Below, piece after piece: positions 31,922 through 41,414 of a DNA stretch of 54,856 nt (positions within the stretch are counted from its first letter, which is position 1; each line of letters starts with the position of its first letter). This DNA is from a virus. Taxonomy: Duplodnaviria > Caudoviricetes. The notes beneath the pieces are model-generated. The model was not told the origin of the DNA and did not search any database. It saw nothing but the letters and a program-made list of their open reading frames with translations. The position numbers were made by a program, and so were the translations under genes. The DNA lies in the IMG/VR virus record IMGVR_UViG_3300042565_002302, positions 1 to 54,856 of that record. One strand, 5' to 3'.

Positions 31922-32808
31922 TTTATTGCGTCCCCAGCGATTTGTTTTAATTCTACAATTGCATTTATGTATTTTTCAAAACTTGTGTCCATAGTGTATA
32001 TTCTGCCTAATGCTTTTTTTAGCTTTTCATTCTCGGCTTCTAATTTCAATCTGATTGGTTCTTCTCCTTCCCAATTGATACAAGTTATGCTATCATCTGT
32101 TGATTTTAATACTCTTTTCAACATTTCATTTTCTTCTTTTAGCTTTTCGTTTTTGGCTTGCACCTTATCAGCTAATAATTGTCCTATGACTGAATTAGTT
32201 TCGCCTTTCCAATCTTGGATGAATTTGACAATAGTTTTTTCCTCATGCTCCCTGCCCTTTTCGTAGGCTAATAATTCGGCAGGCGTTTCAAATCCAGTAA
32301 TTTCTTTATAGCCTTTCATTTCCTCAACCCACTTCTCTATTGGTGTTGGTGTTGTTTCTTGTTTAGGTTCTTCTTTTGGAATGACGATTTTGTATTTATA
32401 GATATTCCAATGAGATATATAATTAAACTCTTTATCTTGACAAATTTTATCTTTAGTAATTTCAACCCATTCACAACTTGGATTCTTAACAAACCATTCT
32501 AAAAACTTATCATCAATAGCTTGTACACCATCTTTAATTAAGTCTTGGTCTGTTGTTAGAATTATTTTTTTGCACCCAGAAAAATTGTAATTAGAATCTT
32601 CACATCTTCTTGGTTTACCTATAACTTCTCTATTAAGAAAAGTTAAATACCAATCTTCATCTTCAGGTTTTTCATCAAAAGTGATGTAGATGTGTTGTAG
32701 TTTTGAGTTAGATGAACTCATTACTTCTGCACCTAAGTTTAACTTACCACTATTTAAAATGGATAACCTACTTGGTTTATCTGTCGGTATTAAATGTATG
32801 TTTTTCAT
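31918..32808 (-). CDS. hypothetical protein with KEEPKQE linker and coiled-coil C-terminus
   Basis: MKNIHLIPTDKPSRL...KIILTTDQDLIKDGVQAIDD.FLEWFVKNPSCE; start ATG 32808 downstream of TACCTTTG (32829-32836). Confidence 0.7.
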   Translation of the reverse strand: MKNIHLIPTDKPSRLSILNSGKLNLGAEVMSSSNSKLQHIYITFDEKPEDEDWYLTFLNREVIGKPRRCEDSNYNFSGCKKIILTTDQDLIKDGVQAIDDKFLEWFVKNPSCEWVEITKDKICQDKEFNYISHWNIYKYKIVIPKEEPKQETTPTPIEKWVEEMKGYKEITGFETPAELLAYEKGREHEEKTIVKFIQDWKGETNSVIGQLLADKVQAKNEKLKEENEMLKRVLKSTDDSITCINWEGEEPIRLKLEAENEKLKKALGRIYTMDTSFEKYINAIVELKQIAGDAIK

Positions 32809-32828
32809 ATTAATTCTTTTTAAGACCA

Positions 32829-32966
32829 CAAAGGTAATATATTTTAATTAAACCACCAAATTATTTTTACAAAAATTAATTTATAGGTGTTTTTTACACA
32901 AAAATGAATATATTTAAAAAAAATATAAAAAAAAACTTGTATTATCAAATTAAAGTGTTATTTTTG
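32829..32966. promoter_or_regulatory. divergent promoter region with two TAnnTTTG elements
   Basis: TACCTTTG on minus (32829-32836) and TATTTTTG on plus (32959-32966). Confidence 0.55.
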
Positions 32967-32991
32967 TATCACAATTATAAACAATACCACT

Positions 32992-33567
32992 ATGACTAAG
33001 AAAAAAGAAGTAATCATCCCTCAAATCATTAACAATGTAATCGGTAAATGTGATGATTTAATTAATCAAGCAATGGAACGTGAAAACAAAAGATTCCAAT
33101 CCTTAATAACAAAATTCCAAGAATGGTATTTAAGGCAAGATCCCAATCAAAAGTTTATTTACGGTCCAATTATACCATTTTTACAACAATTATCAGGTAA
33201 CTATAAAGTTGGTGGAACAGTTGAGTATTATTCAATAAGCTATTCATTCCCTGACAATAGAAAAAGTGGTGTGTTAGTTTATAACCAAGAATCATTTGAT
33301 AAATGGTTTGATAGATACAAAGAAGATTATAAAATCAATCAGATTTGGAAACTTACCCAATCAATGATGAAACACTTAACCGATAAAGATAGTTTAAGTT
33401 CCAATGTGAGAATTAGTAAAACAGCAAAAGGTTTCTGTGTTGAGTTCCAATACTTAAATGACGGACAATTATTCAACTACCAAACTGACGCAATTGAAGC
33501 GGGCGGTCATAACATCCAATGTTTCCACTACCGATACATAACCAAAATTAAAAAAGTGACTAACTAA
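32992..33567 (+). CDS. hypothetical protein
   Basis: 191 aa; C-terminal IEAGGHNIQCFHYRY; own promoter and terminator. Confidence 0.7.
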   Translation: MTKKKEVIIPQIINNVIGKCDDLINQAMERENKRFQSLITKFQEWYLRQDPNQKFIYGPIIPFLQQLSGNYKVGGTVEYYSISYSFPDNRKSGVLVYNQESFDKWFDRYKEDYKINQIWKLTQSMMKHLTDKDSLSSNVRISKTAKGFCVEFQYLNDGQLFNYQTDAIEAGGHNIQCFHYRYITKIKKVTN

Positions 33568-33579
33568 GTCACTTTTTTT
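33550..33579 (+). terminator. intrinsic terminator
   Basis: aaaaaagtgact-aacta-agtcacttttttt. Confidence 0.8.
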
Positions 33580-33602
33580 ATGTCCATTACTATTTATATG
33601 AT

Positions 33603-34580
33603 ATGGAAAATATTTTATTGCAAGAAATAAATAGAATGAGGAAATTAATGAATCTTATGGAAGTTGAAGATATTAAAACCGAAGATACTTTAAAAAACGA
33701 TCCTCAAAATCAAAAAATTATTCAGTCGTTGAAACAGCAAATTGGCGGTGAAAAAGAAATCTATATTAAACTTGTAGATAATAGACCCGGTAAAGAAGGG
33801 AAAATAAATATAGTGAAAATGGTAAATGGTGAAGTTATTGATATAGATGATGATCAACCAGAACCTATTAATGAAAGTATTATAGACACCCTTAAAATAG
33901 GTGCGGTATGTTTTATATTAGCATCAGGTATGGTTTCCTGTAAAAAAGAAGATTCGTATAACATATCAAAAGACTCAAGGTTTATATTAAAACCAAATAT
34001 TTTAAATACGTTAGGTAAAGAGTTTTTTGATAGTCCTGTTAATTCTAAGAGTAAAATATATATTTGGGCAGGCAATCAATCAGGTTCAAATACAAGATAC
34101 TTATACCACGATTACTCAAATCAAGATAAAAAATATGGTCCAGTTTTTAATCAAAATTATCCTGATTCTTTCGCTTACGGTTCAAATGGTATTACCCCAA
34201 CTGAAGTTATTCAAATTCTACCATTTAATCAGACTACGGTTAGTAAACTACAACCCTATAATAAAACAGGTATACCATTAGATACTTTATTAGGTAAATA
34301 TAAAAATGTGGTTGTGGTAGATGTATTAGGTTCATCACACTATGATTGGTCAGATCCAAATAACCCAAAAGAAGTAAGTAATAATAAATATAAAACAGGT
34401 TACGCTATTTATTTAACAAATATTGATGGTATTAATATAGGTGAATTATACCCAACTACATTAGACGTGATGTTTGGTACTTATAAAAACCCAATTACCG
34501 GTAATGATAAATTAATGGGGTTAGATGATTACTATTTTGGTAATTTTAATAATTTATTAAGTGATAAACCAGAAATATAA
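33603..34580 (+). CDS. protein with N-terminal leader domain and internal lipoprotein signal (Cys113)
   Basis: MENILLQEINRMRKLM...PINES-IIDTLKIGAVCFILASGMVS-CKKED; TATTTATA at 33591. Confidence 0.7.
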   Translation: MENILLQEINRMRKLMNLMEVEDIKTEDTLKNDPQNQKIIQSLKQQIGGEKEIYIKLVDNRPGKEGKINIVKMVNGEVIDIDDDQPEPINESIIDTLKIGAVCFILASGMVSCKKEDSYNISKDSRFILKPNILNTLGKEFFDSPVNSKSKIYIWAGNQSGSNTRYLYHDYSNQDKKYGPVFNQNYPDSFAYGSNGITPTEVIQILPFNQTTVSKLQPYNKTGIPLDTLLGKYKNVVVVDVLGSSHYDWSDPNNPKEVSNNKYKTGYAIYLTNIDGINIGELYPTTLDVMFGTYKNPITGNDKLMGLDDYYFGNFNNLLSDKPEI

Positions 34581-34615
34581 GGACGGTGAAATAATTAAAC
34601 AAAAAAAGGTGGATT

Positions 34616-35035
34616 TTACTCCACCTTTTCTGTTTCTGATGATACGGAAGCTTCTTCAGCTTCAATAACTTTTATTTCAGGTATTATATCATCTCTCACT
34701 ATATTGAAATTAAGTTTGGTTAAATCATCTAGTGACGTTGAATTAAACAATTCCTCTAATTGTCTTTTCTTCTCAGCCAATAATTTAATCTTTTGTTCTC
34801 TTTCAATATTAACTCTTATTATTTGTGATATAAATCCTAACATATCTGTAAAAGATATTGTAGGTTCTTTCGTTATCAAATAAGTTAAATTGTCTTTCTT
34901 TTTAACAATTATACCCTCTTGTTCTATTTCCCATTCAGGTTTGAAGTAACATTTCATCAATTTTATTTGTCCATCAAATTCAAAAGAAAACACATGTCCC
35001 TTATATTCTTCAAACACATCATCTATATTAGTCAT
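34616..35035 (-). CDS. hypothetical protein
   Basis: NIEREQKIKLL...LEELF...LDDL; start at ATG 35035. Confidence 0.6.
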   Translation of the reverse strand: MTNIDDVFEEYKGHVFSFEFDGQIKLMKCYFKPEWEIEQEGIIVKKKDNLTYLITKEPTISFTDMLGFISQIIRVNIEREQKIKLLAEKKRQLEELFNSTSLDDLTKLNFNIVRDDIIPEIKVIEAEEASVSSETEKVE

Positions 35036-35420
35036 CTTTTTTCTCCTTTTCTGTTTCATATATTGAATGTAATGTCGATTTATCAATTTCCATTAATATT
35101 TTATAATTTAAAAAGTCATCAGAACTATAATCACCTACTTGTTCAAATTGTATTCCTTTCGGTGTAAATATAAGTCCATTAACAACACCCCCTGTTGGGT
35201 CTAAAAATTCAATTAACACCTCTTCAATATTAAATAATTCTTTTGGATTAATATGGTGGTGAACCGTTTCATATATTTCAGTTGAAAACATTAATTTATC
35301 TGCATCATTAAATATTTTATATCTCCTAAAAAGATATTCTTGGATATCACAACCTTTTAATTTAATTAACCACCTATTAGTTTTAAGTGGTTCAAAATAC
35401 TCCCATTTACTTAATTTCAT
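35028..35420 (-). CDS. short tail-tube-like (gp19-type) paralog
   Basis: FEPLKTNRWLI...FLDPTGGVV...GDYSSDD resembles large-myophage tube proteins (from memory). Confidence 0.4.
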   Translation of the reverse strand: MKLSKWEYFEPLKTNRWLIKLKGCDIQEYLFRRYKIFNDADKLMFSTEIYETVHHHINPKELFNIEEVLIEFLDPTGGVVNGLIFTPKGIQFEQVGDYSSDDFLNYKILMEIDKSTLHSIYETEKEKKDD

Positions 35421-35424
35421 AATA

Positions 35425-35745
35425 CTACCATTCTGGATTTAATTTATATCTTAAATGGTCTAATAAAATTACAATACCAGCCGAAAAACAAGCATCAAAA
35501 AATGTAGTTACTAAAAAACTACCACCAATGAATACCGATGTTGGGCTAAATAATACTAAACTTAAAAACCAACCAACGTGAAAACCACAACATAGCGGAC
35601 ATCTAAAAACAGAACTCCAATATTCATTTATACTTTCAGTCCAATCCCTTAACCATTTAAAAATCTTGCTTTGAGTTACAATTGTTGTAATCCCAAAACT
35701 AATAATACTAAATAAAAAAACATTCATCATAACGTAAATCCACAA
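35425..35745 (-). CDS. membrane protein with CxxC motif (DUF1360-like)
   Basis: IFKWLRDW...FRCPLCCGFHVG, three hydrophobic segments. Confidence 0.6.
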   Translation of the reverse strand: MWIYVMMNVFLFSIISFGITTIVTQSKIFKWLRDWTESINEYWSSVFRCPLCCGFHVGWFLSLVLFSPTSVFIGGSFLVTTFFDACFSAGIVILLDHLRYKLNPEW

Positions 35746-35909
35746 ATTAAAAGTGTTATTATTATTGAAAGTGATACACCTAAAACAATTAACTCTGTCA
35801 TAGGTATAGGTCTAACTCTTTCAGCTGTTATTCTCTTATAAAATAAGAAACCGCTTCTTAAACAATTTAATAAACTTATCACAAAAAGAAATACTAAAAT
35901 ATGTGTCAT
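35727..35909 (-). CDS. small membrane protein
   Basis: Two hydrophobic segments. Confidence 0.5.
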   Translation of the reverse strand: MTHILVFLFVISLLNCLRSGFLFYKRITAERVRPIPMTELIVLGVSLSIIITLLICGFTL

Positions 35910-36109
35910 TTTACTCCGTGACCTTTCATTGATTTTTTAATTTTATTCACATTCTTCCACATTACCTTTGTTTCGGACATTAATTCTTTTAATTTTTTTC
36001 TCAACTTAAATGAATATACTTTCTTACCTTTAATATAATATTGTTCAGATAATATCTCAACTTCTTTTAATATATTCTTTAATTTTTGATACTCTTCCAT
36101 ATTATTCAA
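35906..36109 (-). CDS. small basic protein
   Basis: YIKGKK...KLRKKLKEL; weak resemblance to histone-H1-like Bacteroidota proteins. Confidence 0.45.
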   Translation of the reverse strand: MNNMEEYQKLKNILKEVEILSEQYYIKGKKVYSFKLRKKLKELMSETKVMWKNVNKIKKSMKGHGVK

Positions 36110-36548
36110 CCTTATCTTGGTTTATTAAACCCATATTAGTTAAATATTCTTCAACAACATTCCAATTAATAAAAGGTCTACCATAAGCAACTTCTTTACC
36201 TTCTTCATCTTTAGTTGTCATTATACTTAAAGGAGCACCCAAAGCAGCATCATCAATATATAATTCAGCATAACACTTCGAACTACTAGTCCAATTAGCT
36301 TGCGTTGGATTAAAACCCACACTATATAATTTAATATCATTACCCTCAAACCAATCAATAGCATCACCCAATTCATGACCACTACGCATTGTGTTTAATA
36401 TTAATTGATGACCATTTTCTACCAACTTTTTTAATACCGGAACCGCCCCAATATCCTGTCCTACTTTTGGATATTCATGAGCCACAACTGTTCCATCAAA
36501 GTCGAGGGCTATAATAATACCCCCACTATTTTTTAAATTTCCATTCAT
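36102..36548 (-). CDS. HAD-superfamily phosphatase (BT0820-like)
   Basis: IALDFDGTVV, LNTMR, K.YAELYIDD. Confidence 0.85.
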   Translation of the reverse strand: MNGNLKNSGGIIIALDFDGTVVAHEYPKVGQDIGAVPVLKKLVENGHQLILNTMRSGHELGDAIDWFEGNDIKLYSVGFNPTQANWTSSSKCYAELYIDDAALGAPLSIMTTKDEEGKEVAYGRPFINWNVVEEYLTNMGLINQDKVE

Positions 36549-36567
36549 ATCCTTTATATTTTTTTCT

Positions 36568-37218
36568 TTATTTATTTTTTTGATTTAATACTGCAATACC
36601 ACAAGTAATTGCGTCAGCAATATCATAATTATTCTTTTTTAATCTACCCTTACTATCTTTTAACCATTCTAATTTAGGGTATAATTTATTCACTTCATCA
36701 AATATTACTTTCTTCTTATCTAATGTAGCAAAACCCTCTTTATCTACCTTATAATAATGTTTGTGTTCTTCTTTAATTTCATCAATATTATCAGCTTTTT
36801 TCTTATAAGCCCCGAATAATACCAATTTGTTTTTAGCCGAACCTACTTGCATTAGGTTAGGGAATGCTTTCGCTCTCGAATCATATGATGAAATGTATTT
36901 TGGTGCTACACCTAATATATCATAACACATCTTAGAGATAATACCATTAAACTTTAATAGAGTTGCCACTGTATATACATTGTTTGAACCTAATAAAGGT
37001 TCTTCAATCCAAATATGTTTAATTGGCATACCTTTATATTCTTCAATAAGGGTTTGAACTAAATTGGCTTTTTCATATAATAGAGACTCTGTTGTAGCGT
37101 TTTTAACCTTTGGTTCAATTTGTTTAAGTTCTAATACTTTTTCATTTGTATAGTCAAATAGAGCGATACCAACACAAGTTGTTGATACGTCAAGACATAA
37201 CATAAATACTTTTTCCAT
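36568..37218 (-). CDS. RuvC-like Holliday junction resolvase
   Basis: LDVSTTCVG, IWIEEP, YDIADAI acidic catalytic pattern. Confidence 0.8.
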   Translation of the reverse strand: MEKVFMLCLDVSTTCVGIALFDYTNEKVLELKQIEPKVKNATTESLLYEKANLVQTLIEEYKGMPIKHIWIEEPLLGSNNVYTVATLLKFNGIISKMCYDILGVAPKYISSYDSRAKAFPNLMQVGSAKNKLVLFGAYKKKADNIDEIKEEHKHYYKVDKEGFATLDKKKVIFDEVNKLYPKLEWLKDSKGRLKKNNYDIADAITCGIAVLNQKNK

Positions 37219-37254
37219 ATATGGAATATATAAAGAAATGAAAGATTGTAAATA

Positions 37255-37734
37255 TTATATGGTTTTAGAAAAACTAACAACTTTTCTATTTTGATGTGTA
37301 AAAATAAAATCCATTTTAATACTATCAACCACACTATCAACTTCAATCTCTAAATCATTTATAACAAGATCTTTGGGATTGTGTTGAGATATTAAATAAT
37401 TTAAATAACTAGATATAGTATGGGAGTAATCTATCAAATCAGGATATTTAACATTATAATATAGTATTTTATTATCCAAATCTTCACCATTACTAATAAT
37501 AATTTTACCTTCATATCTAATAGCATTATCAATATCAGCATAATCTAAATCATATTCCCACAATTCATCTACTTTAATAATATATTTTAATGATTTAATA
37601 TTATTTTTAGTTAAAAAATTATTACTAGCATCTTTAACCATTTTTCCAAATTCAACAGATCTCTCGTCAATGTTTCTTGGGATGAAAAGTTTCTTTTTTT
37701 CTTCTCTTAATATTTTTTTAATAATATCTTTCAC
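37255..37734 (-). CDS. hypothetical protein with leader and KKKLFIPR header
   Basis: GTG start; MKDIIKKILREEKKKLFIPRNIDER. Confidence 0.65.
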   Translation of the reverse strand: MKDIIKKILREEKKKLFIPRNIDERSVEFGKMVKDASNNFLTKNNIKSLKYIIKVDELWEYDLDYADIDNAIRYEGKIIISNGEDLDNKILYYNVKYPDLIDYSHTISSYLNYLISQHNPKDLVINDLEIEVDSVVDSIKMDFIFTHQNRKVVSFSKTI

Positions 37735-37735
37735 A

Positions 37736-40348
37736 TTAAAAATCTAAATTTATTTGATATATTGTTGAGTTTTGTCTTGATTTAATTACTGGCGTAGCCA
37801 ATTTAGCAATACCTACTAAATCTTTATCATCACTATATATACCTACTTCACTTATATATGGAGTTCCTGTAAATACATTAAATGTTGGATTTACCGACCT
37901 ATTAAACATAGTTTCATCAACAACACATAATAAATTAGTTTGATAAACCGTAGCTCCAATATCGGTTGATACATTACCAAATAAAAACTCTTCATCACCT
38001 AATTGTAAAGACGATGTTGTTGTATTACCTGACATATAATTAACAATATTAAACTGCGAACCATAAGTTAAAGCCGACCAACTTAATCTTATCTTACTAC
38101 TACTTAAATTAGAACCAATAATTGGAAAACCTACTGATTGATTTCTTACCGATGAAGTTATATCATATATTGTCCAACCAGCGGAGTTATATGTATCCCC
38201 ACTCATAGTTTTCTTTAATAATACATATAATCTATCAGCAGTATAACCAGTAAAATTACTAAAATTAGAAAGGAAACCAAACCCACCAATAGGAAAAGAT
38301 AAGAAAATATCTGTTTGTTCATTTTTACTTGGGGTAATTGTTGAATAATTTAAACAAGGTAAAGCCGTTGTAAACCCTGTTGATGATCCTAACATATAAC
38401 TTACCCATAATTGCTCAGTTGTTGCAGATAAAATACCTATAATATCCTCACCACAAGGATCTACAATACTTTCAGTTAATATAGGTGTCGGTAATGTCCA
38501 ATTTCTATTTGATTTATATGATAAAGCTGCATTTATTTCTTTATCTTCCATAATAGCAACCTTCAAATCAGGAAATACCTTACCAACATTATAACCATCA
38601 ATCGTATCTACTAAATCATAATATCTTAAAGAAAAGTCACTATTAACTGTTCTACCTGTAAAACCTGTTGTATTACCAGTCGGTAAATTAAATAAACCTA
38701 ATGGTGTTGATATATTTAAAAAATCATTATCTAAGAATGTATATGATAAAGTATCTTTATCCAATATAATTTTTCTTGTATCATTAACCAATGAAATAAC
38801 ACCATTAGCGGTTTGAGCCGAATTTAATAAATTAAATCCAACATTTATTGATCCCCTTAAACCAGTTCCACCAGGTTTTGTTATATTTAGTAATGTAAAT
38901 TCATTATCAATTGCCGTTGACCCTGTGAACGTTGTGATAATTACTCTATCACCAGGATTAAATGGAACTGAATCTGTCATATCAAATATTGACACATTCC
39001 CTCTACCATCACCATAGTTTCCTGTTGTTACACCACTAAATGAATAATTCTTTCTACTATATAGATTATATCCTGTAGCGTTAGTTATACCACTCCAACT
39101 TAAAACAACGCTAGTATTTTCAGAACCTGTATTATATCCAATACCAAACGTTGTTTTATCAAATAAATAACCATCCTTCTTATAGTAAAACTTCTTATCC
39201 GTTAAAGTTTCACCCCTATCAGTAAGTGCTGAAACATAGAATGTATACCCACTTAACATTTTAGCAACACCTACATTCGTAAAACCTGTTATTCGTAAAT
39301 TAGGTGTGTTTATTGTTGGTATATTTGTTTCAATTTCATTTGTAAAATACTTATCTTCCGTATTAGCTGTAAATGTATGTCCAATCACGTTACTTCTATG
39401 ATACATAAGTGTTGGGAAACTAAATTTGGTTTTAGTTATAAACTCACCATATTCATTACCAACCGAATTATTCGTATAATGAATAATACCCATATTTTCA
39501 AGGTTATTTGGGTAGTTATTTAATAAACTTAAAGAACCTTTATAAACATCTGTTTTGTATGGACCATAACCTGTATTATAACCCATAGGATTTTTATTCC
39601 ATACAATAGATAAGTTCCAAACCGGAACATCATACTGACTTAAAGTACAAGTTCCTGATAGATTTAAATTACCACTATCCCAATAAGCTGTCGGCGTGTT
39701 TAACCCATAATAATTCGTAATTGAATCTCCACTTGGGTAAACAAATATCCTAACCCTTGTATTAGGGAATGTATTTAATTTAGGTAATGATCTATCTAAA
39801 GACATAGTAAAATTAGCTCCTATTGTTCCTGTTACACCTGTAATTCTATACCATAAATAAGGTACTGAAGTTGTAACTGATGTTTCACCACTAAAACTAA
39901 TTAATATTAAATCATTTCTAACAGGAATATAAGCATTCCCTGTTGTCGCAGTTGTTGCCGATATAGTTAAAGTATTAGTAAACTCCCTACTATTAGCATT
40001 TAATATTTGCTTATATAAACTAATTGTATTAAATGAAGAACCAGTAAAAAAACCTCTATTTTTAGCGGTATTTGTTATAATATTTTTATCTACATACTGA
40101 TAATCAATAGTTTTGAAAAAGTTAGTAGGATCCGATTCATTAGGTATTAAAGGATATTTAATATCCGGATTATTATCTTTCGGTTTAAGTATATTAAGAC
40201 CTGATGGTGTTGGGTAATTATAATTTATTTCACTATCACCTAAAGCAAAAAATTTATAATTTAAAGTACCTGACGCTAATTTATATCTACCAACATCTGT
40301 AATCTTAATGTTTAAGATTGGATTATTATTTTTAATAATATATGACAT
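37736..40348 (-). CDS. virion structural protein (tail/baseplate-associated)
   Basis: 870 aa S/T/G-rich; N-terminal KITDVGR...FALGDSEINY, C-terminal YISEVGIY...LVGIAKL..PV.K. Confidence 0.7.
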   Translation of the reverse strand: MSYIIKNNNPILNIKITDVGRYKLASGTLNYKFFALGDSEINYNYPTPSGLNILKPKDNNPDIKYPLIPNESDPTNFFKTIDYQYVDKNIITNTAKNRGFFTGSSFNTISLYKQILNANSREFTNTLTISATTATTGNAYIPVRNDLILISFSGETSVTTSVPYLWYRITGVTGTIGANFTMSLDRSLPKLNTFPNTRVRIFVYPSGDSITNYYGLNTPTAYWDSGNLNLSGTCTLSQYDVPVWNLSIVWNKNPMGYNTGYGPYKTDVYKGSLSLLNNYPNNLENMGIIHYTNNSVGNEYGEFITKTKFSFPTLMYHRSNVIGHTFTANTEDKYFTNEIETNIPTINTPNLRITGFTNVGVAKMLSGYTFYVSALTDRGETLTDKKFYYKKDGYLFDKTTFGIGYNTGSENTSVVLSWSGITNATGYNLYSRKNYSFSGVTTGNYGDGRGNVSIFDMTDSVPFNPGDRVIITTFTGSTAIDNEFTLLNITKPGGTGLRGSINVGFNLLNSAQTANGVISLVNDTRKIILDKDTLSYTFLDNDFLNISTPLGLFNLPTGNTTGFTGRTVNSDFSLRYYDLVDTIDGYNVGKVFPDLKVAIMEDKEINAALSYKSNRNWTLPTPILTESIVDPCGEDIIGILSATTEQLWVSYMLGSSTGFTTALPCLNYSTITPSKNEQTDIFLSFPIGGFGFLSNFSNFTGYTADRLYVLLKKTMSGDTYNSAGWTIYDITSSVRNQSVGFPIIGSNLSSSKIRLSWSALTYGSQFNIVNYMSGNTTTSSLQLGDEEFLFGNVSTDIGATVYQTNLLCVVDETMFNRSVNPTFNVFTGTPYISEVGIYSDDKDLVGIAKLATPVIKSRQNSTIYQINLDF

Positions 40349-40359
40349 ATCAATAAATA

Positions 40360-41412
40360 TTAAGTTAATGGAAAAAATTTTATGTTTTTTAGTTTAACCT
40401 CATTACTACTTTTAAGTGAGAAGTTAACCCAAGTATTATCCTTAGTGTCACCAGAAAAATCAATTATTTCAGAATATTTTCCATTCTCACTAAATAAGTT
40501 TATTCTTTTATTATTTTTATAAAAATCACAACTAAAATCAACCCCATCGAGATTGAATTGAATGATGTTTTTAGTATTACCTGTTAATGCATAAGTTGTA
40601 ATCGTATTATAATCAATCTCATTAATAGTTACACTGTTTACATTTATAACGTCAGATAAAGATGAATTATATAATGTCACAATTCCAGATGTTAGATTGA
40701 CAGTAAAGGCAGTTGTTATATTATATGGATTATGACCGTCACAATTATATTCATATATTTTAGTTGAAAATATATCACCATCAAACATTTGAAAATTCAC
40801 ACAACTTAATGATTCAAAATTAACTATTATTTCATAATCATTCACCGGTAAACCGCTTATACTACTATTATCAGTATATGAATTACTAGCATCTAAAATT
40901 ATACTACCAATATTAAATGTATTAGCTGTATATGGAATATTTTCAACGTAAACCCCCTCACCTATATCTAATTTAACTAAAACATTACCAAATAATGTAG
41001 TGGCAGTTGTAGTTGTTAAACCGGTATAATTAGGTAATCCATTAATTGTAAATGATTGTTTATTAAAATCAGCATATGAAAAATTATTATTAGTGATTGT
41101 AAAGCCACTAAAACCTGTGAAATTAGTTGATCCTGATAAGTATAAGTTATATTTATACCCTATATTATTAAAGTTAAAATCAACACCAAAACCTAAACCA
41201 GAAGTACCTCTATCAAAAAAACCATTTTTCCTTTCAATAAAATTGTTTGAATAATCAAACGAATCTAAAACTATATTATAAAATCTAGGCCACGAAATTA
41301 ATGTTAATGTAGAACCACTATAATTAAAAACATTAGGGTAATGATTTGGGTTTAAAATATATCCATTAGAACTTTTATCTTTTCTTATATCACCACTTAA
41401 AAATATATTCAT
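40360..41412 (-). CDS. putative virion structural protein
   Basis: N/S/T-rich beta-type composition within structural operon. Confidence 0.6.
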   Translation of the reverse strand: MNIFLSGDIRKDKSSNGYILNPNHYPNVFNYSGSTLTLISWPRFYNIVLDSFDYSNNFIERKNGFFDRGTSGLGFGVDFNFNNIGYKYNLYLSGSTNFTGFSGFTITNNNFSYADFNKQSFTINGLPNYTGLTTTTATTLFGNVLVKLDIGEGVYVENIPYTANTFNIGSIILDASNSYTDNSSISGLPVNDYEIIVNFESLSCVNFQMFDGDIFSTKIYEYNCDGHNPYNITTAFTVNLTSGIVTLYNSSLSDVINVNSVTINEIDYNTITTYALTGNTKNIIQFNLDGVDFSCDFYKNNKRINLFSENGKYSEIIDFSGDTKDNTWVNFSLKSSNEVKLKNIKFFPLT

Positions 41413-41414
41413 GC

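Noticed and set aside
32837-32958. Replication origin in the AT-rich gap
   Set aside because: No iterons seen; adequately explained as a divergent promoter region.
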